Assembly (NCBI GenBank): GCA_012295275.1
Contig: CM022672.1
Location: forward strand, 6,944,001 to 7,008,000
DNA from: Chrysomallon squamiferum
Lineage: Eukaryota; Animalia; Mollusca
Length of the DNA: 64,000 nucleotides
Direction of reading: 5' to 3'
Position numbers and translations under genes: made by a program. Positions 55,701-64,000 of the stretch are shown piece after piece. The notes under the pieces were generated by a model. That model worked only from the letters and a program-made list of their open reading frames with translations, was not told where the DNA came from and searched no databases. The number at the start of each line of letters is the position of its first letter. The stretch's first letter is position 1.

Positions 55701-58700
55701 GACATAAAATGATAGTCTGTGTCCATAGAAATATAAATTAATTTTAAGCTTGTGAAAATAACATATTATTAAGGTAATAAATTCATGAAAATTAATTATT
55801 ATAAGAAATATTTTTCGAATATTGCTTTTTCACAAATGTATCAAAGTATTAGCTCATTATTTATGGCTTCTTGCTGTTTTAATATAACATGTTTGATTTA
55901 ATTTAATTCATGCTTAAACTGACTTAATATCTATAACATTTCATTATCACCTTGTCATTCTACATGATTACATCTATTTCAGGTCATTCCAACCGCCCTG
56001 ATTGATAAATATGTACCCTCAGGAACTTGGCCCTCAGTAACAGACTTGCCTATGTCTAAAACTATTTGGTGTTACAAGGAAAAGAACCATGGGATATCTA
56101 TGAGCTGGTGGTTAACCAGAAAGATATGCATGATGTATATTACATCAAAAAGACATGGGTTAAAATCAACCTAGCTTGTAAGTTATATCAAAATTGTCTG
56201 AAACCTTTAAATTGTACAGGTAAATATTTGCACAGATGAGATGGTTATAGAAGACTGCCAATTAATTTAGTTTGAAAATAAATGTATAAGCAAAATGCTG
56301 CACAATTGTCTGTGACAGACATCACTGTGATGGATCTCCGCTGACATAAAATGAAGTCCTGTATCCATAGAAAAAAGTATCTGCTTCACTGCTGTTATGA
56401 TAAAAACATTTGAATGTATTGTCAAGATCATGATGTGAATTTGATGACTTAACTAAACTTTGACAGATATTTAAAATTATATCAAGGCCACTTAGGATTT
56501 ACCAGTGTATCAATTGTTTTGCAGGAACCTGCAATCATTCTATACGTAATGTCAAATTGAAACCAAAAAATCCAGTTGATCACATTTCCTGGTGCCTTTT
56601 CAGATAAACATGGCATGGAAGCTGTTCATACAAGTAAAATAAAGTAGATGACTTCATGTGGTATGGATTCATTTAAATTAATACATGAGAATGGACAAGC
56701 CAAATTTAATCTTTCATCATATTTAGGATTATTGTGACTTTGTATCAAAAGCTATGTAGTTAGAAGAAATTGAGGAAATCTGCCCATCTTCCAGATCCCC
56801 TTCACTGATAAAAAAAACTTTTTCTCCATCTATAGAAGATTTTATCCTCTTTAGGAAGTCATTTTCCAGGTGGTACCAGCTCAGTACTTAACAGACATTT
56901 CATAATTTTTATTTGAATATGCCTTACCATTCCAGGAACAAAGTTCATTATCATATTTGATAACCCACCAACAATTAACTTAGATTGGCTCTTACTATAT
57001 CAGTAGGGGTTCTTGATTTGTTGGTATGTGATAAATATTACTGCCACTCTTTTTTCCCGTGACACACTTTACATGTGACCAATGCTACAGCTTTCTTTCC
57101 TCAGTCAAATAAAAATCATACAATTTCAAAACTGACTGACATATCTTTTAACTTTCCCTTGGTTAGTGCTAAGAGAATTAAATATAAATATTTAGATATT
57201 TATGTGATGCATATTACACAGACACAACATATTTCTTTAAATGTAATTTCTTGCCACCTAGTTTCCAAAAAAATATTCTGAATCTGCATATTCTTTAAAC
57301 TGATGCTGCTGACAAACTGAGATAAAGTATTAAAGCCAATTTCATATGGGTGATTTGTTTTTTAGTACAAATATGAGTCAGTATGAATCTTTTATTTTTC
57401 TGGCAATCAGAAGTTTTGAGAATAGATTTTGACTGTTTGCATAATGAAATTTATATTTTTCTCATCATGTGTCCCTTGTCCCATGGAATTGGTTATTACC
57501 ATCTCACTGACAATAATCAAATCAAATCATATCAAATTAATAACAACAAAAAGGTATATTAGAATAGTATAAGATAGTAACAATTTACTGATCAACAAAA
57601 ATGAGATAAAATGCAGATTGTAGGGTGTGTTTTTTCATCTGGACAACTTATTTTAGCTTTATTTAACATCATTGTTTCATTTTTTATTATTTATTATTTA
57701 AAAAAAGCTTTGCTATAAACTGTAGGTATATCGTATCTTTATATAAACTTATTATCTAATGTAGGAGAAAACATACAGTTTTTATCTAATCTCACCTGAT
57801 GTAGAATCATCCTCTGTAGCATTCTCACTGATATCACTGGATATTTCAGCTGCATCAGCACTCTGCATTTCTGGAAAGTGTTCTTGAATCATCTCTGGTG
57901 GTGCCTGAGGTGGATGCAATCCTGCCTGTGCCTGAGGTGGATTCATTCCTGCCTGTGACTGAGGTGGATTCATTCCTGCCTGTGACTGAGGTGGATGCAA
58001 TCCTGCCTGTGCCTGAGGTGGATTCATTCCTGCCTGTGACTGAGGTGGATGAAATCCTGCCTGTAACTGAGGTGGATGAAATCCTGCCTGTGTCTGAGGT
58101 GGATGAAATCCTGCCTGTGTCTGAGGTGGATAAAATCCTGCCTGTGACTGAGGTGGATGCAATCCTGCCTGTGTCTGAGGTGGATTCATTCCTGCCTGTG
58201 ACTGAGGTGGAAAGTGTTCTTGAATCATCTCTGGTGGTGCCTGAGGTGGATGCAATCCTGCCTGTGCCTGAGGTGGATTCATTCCTGCCTGTGACTGAGG
58301 TGGATTCATTCCTGCCTGTGACTGAGGTGGATGCAATCCTGCCTGTGCCTGAGGTGGATTCATTCCTGCCTGTGACTGAGGTGGATGAAATCCTGCCTGT
58401 GTCTGAGGTGGATAAAATCCTGCCTGTGACTGAGGTGGATGCAATCCTGCCTGTGTCTGAGGTGGATTCATTCCTGCCTGTGACTGAGGTGGATTCATTC
58501 CTGCCTGTGACTGAGGTGGATGCAATCCTGCCTGTGCCTGAGGTGGATTCATTCCTGCCTGTGACTGAGGTGGATTCATTCCTGCCTGTGACTGAGGTGG
58601 ATGCAATCCTGCCTGTGCCTGAGGTGGATTCATTCCTGCCTGTGACTGAGGTGGATGAAATCCTGCCTGTGTCTGAGGTGGATAAAATCCTGCCTGTGAC

Positions 58701-59293
58701 TGAGGTGGATGCAATCCTGCCTGTGCCTGAGGTGGATTCATTCCTGCCTGTGCCTGAGGTGGATTCATTCCTGCCTGTGACTGAGGTGGATGCAATCCTG
58801 CCTGTGCCTGAGGTGGATTCATTCCTGCCTGTGACTGAGGTGGATTCATTCCTGCCTGTGACTGAGGTGGATGCAATCCTGCCTGTGCCTGAGGTGGATT
58901 CATTCCTGCCTGTGACTGAGGTGGATGAAATCCTGCCTGTGTCTGAGGTGGATAAAATCCTGCCTGTGACTGAGGTGGATGCAATCCTGCCTGTGCCTGA
59001 GGTGGAAACATTCTTGCCTGTGCCTGAGGTGGAAACATTCCTACATGTGCTTGGGGTGGAAACATTCCTGCTGGTGCCTGGAATGGATGCATTACTGCCT
59101 GTGACTGTGGTGGGAACATTCGTTGGGGCCCAAGATACATTGGATGAACACTGTAGGCATATCCAGGCATTTGCTGTCTGGGAATATTATCATGTGCTGC
59201 ATCACATGTTATTTGTTGAGGGCTATTATCTGAATGAGGTTCTTCATTCTTCTGTAAATTTTCTTTTCCAGGTGATGGATTATCATCCATCAT
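33555..59293 (-). CDS. PARP14: PARP14-like mono-ADP-ribosyltransferase (macro-PARP): P/Q repeat - 5 RRM-like - KH region - 3 Macro - WWE - ART; one apparent 1-bp frameshift
   Basis: 21 coding GT-AG exons: 57796-59293, 54949-55131, 53644-53925, 52913-53200, 52113-52361, 51327-51569, 49097-50838, 47859-48329, 46119-46198, 42264-42494, 41852-42073, 41076-41169, 40539-40688, 38341-38406, 37559-37741, 37030-37221, 36443-36618, 35741-36155, 34468-34619, 34088-34259, 33555-33841. All phases are consistent except exon 49097-50838, which is 1 nt short (~2,458 aa when corrected). Motifs: IEVRGF..YFEN..KGGGEI (RRM-like), GDIT..VNAANERLDHIGGLA..HAVGP..PALSCGIYGYP (Macro1), VNTT..FPALGTGNLGYP (Macro2), VNSTN..FPALGTG (Macro3), VQWYY..IEKAY..YIIDFNTMEE (WWE), IERIQN..LWHGT..GFNRSYCGKN..GVYFA..QAYPDYLITF (ART). 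Confidence 0.93.
44560..45365. repeat. Intronic ~90-bp minisatellite (~8-9 diverged copies)
   Basis: Recurrent aaatactgaaatataaaataaataaacatagtaaaaacacagataacaatg...aactgt...gatgttaatttgtgtt, with two alternating unit types. Confidence 0.7.
57895..59115 (-). repeat. Coding 27-bp tandem repeat (~45 units) encoding [MLF][NHFY]PPQ[SAT]QAG
   Basis: Read directly from exon 57796-59293. A 10-unit (270-bp) higher-order block LH-FY-FH-MN-LH-MN-MN-LH-MN-MN is repeated. Confidence 0.97.
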
Positions 59294-59373
59294 GTCCTGC
59301 AGTTGATAGAAAATTCATAAAATTATTCTTTAAATTTTTATTTTATTTTACTTTATTTATTTATCTTTACTAC

Positions 59374-59431
<58 letters not shown>

Positions 59432-60074
59432 GGTGTTGTTGTTGTTGTTTATTTTAATTTATTTTAATTAATTAATTAATTAATATATTTATTTAACTTA
59501 TTTTTTATTTTTTTTATTTTTGTTGTTTAGAAAGGTGTAGTATTAATATGATTTTTTTTTTGTCAATATTTCACTAAAACATGATACATAAGGGATGCTT
59601 TTAGAGATATCACACACTGATAATTGACTGTATTATGCCTCTACTCAGTTATAGTAATTAAACTTTAAAATACTGATAGGGTTTCAAGAACAATTTTAAT
59701 TATCTCTTTAGGTTGATCACTTGATTTTTTTAATACTAGTTTTGCACAATGTTGTTCTCTTCAATTCTAGAAAAGAAAACTTTTGTGCCAAGTGTAAACC
59801 ACATCATGAAATGATTACTTTATCACTTTCTAAAACTTGGCCAGTTAATACAGAGCAAAAATAGTAAGTGATACAAAATACCACTCACATTGTTTTACAG
59901 AACACAGCATGTCATCAAGGTCTCATTCTAACATACTGGTTAATACAGCTTATTAGAAATGTATAAATTTATAAATAAGAAACTCAAGTTAGAAAATTAT
60001 GATAACGAATCAAGTGTGACTGGCAGTAGTTATGGTAGTAAGGAACATGAGACAGAGAGTATAAATTCTAAATG

Positions 60075-60940
60075 AGTTGTGAGCCAGCACAAAGAAGACT
60101 ATTTGTCTTTGATATATATTTCATCTGAAGGAAAAGAACCATATCCTAAGTGTGTTGTTTGTAGCAAGAGGCTAGCAAACAGTGCTATGGTGCCAAGTAA
60201 GCTGAAAAAAAGACCTCCACACAAAACTCCCATATTTATGGAAGAAACCAGTCCAGTATTTTAAAAGACTCTTAGTTGATCAGCTGTATCAATAATTCAT
60301 CAAACTCACAACTATTCAGCACAAAGCTCAAAGAGTCAGTTCGGGCTTTGCAGAACTCACTGCAGGAAAAGATGACATGACAAACAGTTGCAGAATCGAT
60401 AATATTTTCAGCGTACTGTAAAATTGCATAAATGTAACTATAATGCTTGAGAAAAATGTGAAAAAGAAACTATAAAAATCCCTCTCTCAGACAGGATCAT
60501 TTGTCAGCTTTTATATGATATGATTCATGATACTGAGCAATAGGTGATAGCTAGAATGGAAAAATCACAACATTTTGCCTTTCAGTTGGAAAGGCTGATC
60601 TCTCAACATTCATCAGTTTTATTTGTAATGAAGACAACTGAACATTTTTCATTTTGTAAACCACTTCCAGAAAGAACAACTGGCCAAGACATTTTTCAGA
60701 TTGTAAATAGCTATTTTGTTTTTATAATTTGTCATGGGAATCATGTATAAGCATTTGCTGTGTCTGGGTCAGGAAATATGAAACGATGATTCAAACTGGC
60801 CCCCTGAAAAGAATCCTGTTTTCTGCACTGAGAGGCCTTCATTTCAAAATCAGAAATTCTGGCACTCCAGAAAGTGCTAGATGAGACAATCCAAATAGTT
60901 AACTATATCAGAAGTAGGCCTTAAAATCAAGGCTATTTTC
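60075..60940 (+). mobile_element. Degraded hAT transposase fossil (Buster/Charlie, ZBED5/SCAND3-like) in PARP14 intron 1
   Basis: EDYLSL..SSEGKEPYPKCVVCSKRLANSAMVPSKLK (BED-like N-terminus), IPLSD, FAFQLE, FCKPLPERTTGQDIFQIVNSYF, LQKVLDETIQIVNYIRSRP; many stops and frameshifts. Confidence 0.8.
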
Positions 60941-61915
60941 TGGTCAGTATTTTGGACCCAGTTTGGTGTACTAAAATTAAAATAAATTTGAAAAGCACTG
61001 AGTTAGATGATCATATTTCCTTCTGGCTCCTATAGGGCTTATTCAGGGTAAAAGAAGGTGCTTAATGTCTGCATTAGTAAACAAAAGCACAGGTTACTTT
61101 ATGTACTTTTATTTCTGTGGAAAGGTTCACATAAAAGAGCTCATGAAATAGTATTTGTGGATTTCTTCTCTTGTATAGGTAGCCATAACTATGGTAAGTT
61201 TTTATCCGTTTGTGAGTTGGCAAGATGGTAATATTTAGAATGCATTCACCACAAATCTATTCAAACAAGCTAGACAGATGTTTATTTAATGAAACAATGA
61301 AAACATTTTGAACCTGTTGCTGTATATCTTGTCAGTTTTTATCAATTTGGGAATTGGCAAGTTGATAATGCATTCACCATGAACCCAGTCAGACAATCTA
61401 GACAGATGTAAATATTTAAAAAAATAGGGGCTTTTTTTAAAGTTAGATTTTGTAATTGTTCATATTCAGTAAATTTATACACTGACCAATTGTACCACTC
61501 TTGGGACTATATATAAATATCTGTGTGACAATTATCAGTCTTTTTTATTTATTTATTTATTTATTTGCTTTTTTTTATTGTTGTTTTTTAATGAGAAAAA
61601 AAAAAAAAAAAAAAAAAGCAAGAGAGATAGATTGAAAAAATGTAATATACCTCTAGTAGTTAATTAATTAATTAATTAATTAATTAATTAAAGCCTTAAG
61701 ATACAACTGTCTTGTCTTGTACTGAATTAGCTAAAATATTCTAAAATAGTACTTGCAATTTTGCTTAAAAAACACACATATATACATACACATTAACTGA
61801 ATTTAGATTTGATCTCTGCCAGACAGACTAATATTACTGAAGTATAAAACAAATTGTTGGGAAATATACAGGTAGACCTTTAGTGATTTGAAAAGCAATG
61901 TAAAATTCCACTTAC

Positions 61916-61976
61916 GTTGTGTTTCAAACGTCTTATCGACCCAAATTAATGAAAACGCAGAAAAAGTTAAATTACT
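61916..61976 (-). other. PARP14: Putative non-coding exon 1 of PARP14
   Basis: Strong donor CAAC|GTAAGT after 61916 and Inr-like TCAGT at 61974-61978 (minus strand). The segment is highly conserved in the duplicate at 27474-27535. Exon 2 has an acceptor only 3 nt before the ATG (CAG|GACATG at 59296). Confidence 0.65.
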
Positions 61977-62091
61977 GAAACCGAAAGTGAAACTTTCCGC
62001 CTTCTCTTCCTGGTAAATGTCTGAGTAGTCATCGTTTTCTAGGAAAAGACGTTTTTAACTGGATAAAAACAATTCACGTGATTTCTTAGAA
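61977..62091 (-). promoter_or_regulatory. ISRE plus GAS (STAT) plus E-box promoter module of PARP14
   Basis: Minus strand AGTTTCACTTTCGGTTTC (61977-61994) matches the ISRE consensus AGTTTCNNTTTC with three GAAA cores. TTCTAGGAA (62037-62045) and TTCTTAGAA (62083-62091) match GAS TTCN3GAA. CACGTG is at 62075-62080. Confidence 0.72.
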
Positions 62092-63162
62092 ATTCTACTG
62101 ATATTTAGGTGTATGTTCCATGCATATGCAACTTTATGTACCAGTCAATGTATGAAACGAGTTAGACAAGCGGTATTCGTACATTTTTTAGAGATTATTT
62201 TAATAATTAAATATCAAAGGCAGTAAATGCACGTTTGATAAGCAGGCAAGCAAGCTGAACACTTATTATCTTCAAATATTAAAATAAAGTTTTGTTAACG
62301 TTAGTTTTTTTGTTTTAAAATGTAAAATATCTGATATCATTAATTATCTATTTTATAGTTATTATAATAAAAAGTATAAAATCATCAGTAATGCAATATT
62401 ATCCTTTATTAATTGACAGTATTAATAACAATAATACTGACATGATTTCTACAGTACAATTTTATTCCTTAGTAATGATTATCAATTCAACCTGTCGTAG
62501 ATAGATGTAAAAGAATTTTACGCCGTTCTGCGAATTTATATATTTCAAGTTATCGGCCTTGAAGCGTTACTCTCGGGCGCCGCTTGTACGGTATGCAGTT
62601 GACGGATTATTCGGGCTTACTAGAAGCTGTTTATCAGTCGAATGATCATTATTTCAAGGAAAAACGCTCAAGTGAAGCTAGCGAACATTTCCAGCGAACT
62701 TTTAGAACCGTTACGTCAAAGAGTTATCGGTTGGTTAATGGAACACACTGTCGTTAGCAATAACTGTATGATCGAGTATTTGCTATTGTTTTTCCTTTTC
62801 AGTTCCAACATAAATGTATAATAACCAGTAGGAGTATCGACTACGAAAAAAAAAAAAAAATAATAATAATAATAATAATAAATAAATAAATACTCTTTAT
62901 TTATTTATTTATTTACTTATATATTTATTTATTGTCACATGCATTGTCATGCAAAAATAAAATAAAACAAAAAAGTAATAATAATAAGAAGAAGAAGATA
63001 AAATAAAATAAATAAGAAATGAAAAACCTGTAAAACTAAGGGTTTTTTTTTTGCTAAACTTTATTTACTGTCATCATTTCACTTTGCTTTGGTTTAAATT
63101 GTATTTCTTTTGAAAAATTCAAGCTTATCAATTATTTATTTATTTATTTATTTATGATTATG

Positions 63163-63224
<62 letters not shown>

Positions 63225-64000
63225 CATTCTATATATACTTTAATTTTATTTGAAAATTTATTATGTTGATTTGAATAACTAGAACTGAATTTTTAAGCTA
63301 TTTGAGGTTAATAAAGAATTTTGATTATTATTTTATAAACAATAAAATCTTATAATGATTTTTTATTAAATATTGTTTAGTGAGACAAAATGAAAGCAAT
63401 CACATATTTTTGCACATTATATATATATATATTATTTAAAAGAAATAACTTTAAAAAATAATTAGTTGTTTTTGGCATGATGGATCATATTAAAGGCAGT
63501 AAACAGCTGTCACCCACCATGATGGTCTGTATCATGATGCAGATAGTAATTTCAACATCCAACAATTATACTGTCAGTAAAGGTAAAATTTTCACAAGAC
63601 ATTCTCTCTGGAAATCTGTGAAAGTTCAATGCATTTCCTTTAGAATTTGTGCAAGAAAGTCTTAAAAAAAAAAAAAACATAAACAAATAAATAAATAAAT
63701 AAGATAATTTGTAATTTAAATTTTTTTTTGCTGTTGCTGAGTTTTTTGTTTTTAACTGACCTTTGCAAGAACAAGGGTCAAACATTTGTTTCAGAATGTG
63801 GGTTTTTTGGATAAATTTTGCTGCTTCCTGAAGAGCATCACCTATGTCTCAGATCATCAGCAGAAACATTCAAACATGGTGTACAAATTAGATGAACTGT
63901 TACATTTGTGATTTGTTGAGAATATAACAAATTATGTAATATTTGTATCGTGTTTTTTTTTTTTCTATTTACAATTATGTAGGCTTTGCTATACATTTTG

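Noticed and set aside
57895-59115. Regular repeat array resembling a CRISPR array
   Set aside because: No unique spacers; eukaryotic coding tandem repeat.
57898-59457. 519-aa plus-strand ORF (VPEVDAILPV repeats)
   Set aside because: Antisense mirror of the 27-bp coding repeat of PARP14 exon 2; open only because the unit has no stop in that frame, has no ATG start and runs into an (ATT)n microsatellite.
63552-63665. THAP-like motif (CTN..LNFHRFP) on the minus strand
   Set aside because: Lacks the conserved W and CS.HF residues; too short to support a call.

Overview
AT-rich animal genomic DNA, probably lophotrochozoan/mollusc-like (inference), with many microsatellites and intron-containing genes, all on the minus strand. 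From left to right: (1) a 3.2-kb internally deleted, disabled Academ (AcademX-type) DNA transposon with long inverted ends (69-3251); (2) an intact 13-exon secreted heme peroxidase gene of the peroxinectin type (3746-9836, 610 aa); (3) an L2-type LINE 3' remnant containing a near-perfect hairpin; (4) a decayed tandem duplicate of the PARP14 locus (~11.8-27.8 kb) that keeps its promoter, non-coding exon 1, a remnant of exon 2, the last exon and the 3' flank, while its interior has been replaced by an intron-containing glutamate decarboxylase (GAD) pseudogene; (5) a 22-exon PARP14-like macro-PARP (CDS 33555-59293, ~2,458 aa after correcting one 1-bp homopolymer frameshift) with an unusual N-terminal ~45 x 9-aa P/Q/G repeat, five RRM-like exons, a KH region, three macrodomains, WWE and an H-Y-M ART domain. 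Its TATA-less promoter has an ISRE matching the vertebrate consensus and two GAS (STAT) palindromes. Main leads: this interferon-like cis-regulatory module in an invertebrate, its apparent capture by a GAD copy, and the prion-like repeat on PARP14. All calls come from manual reading and splicing; no searches were run.
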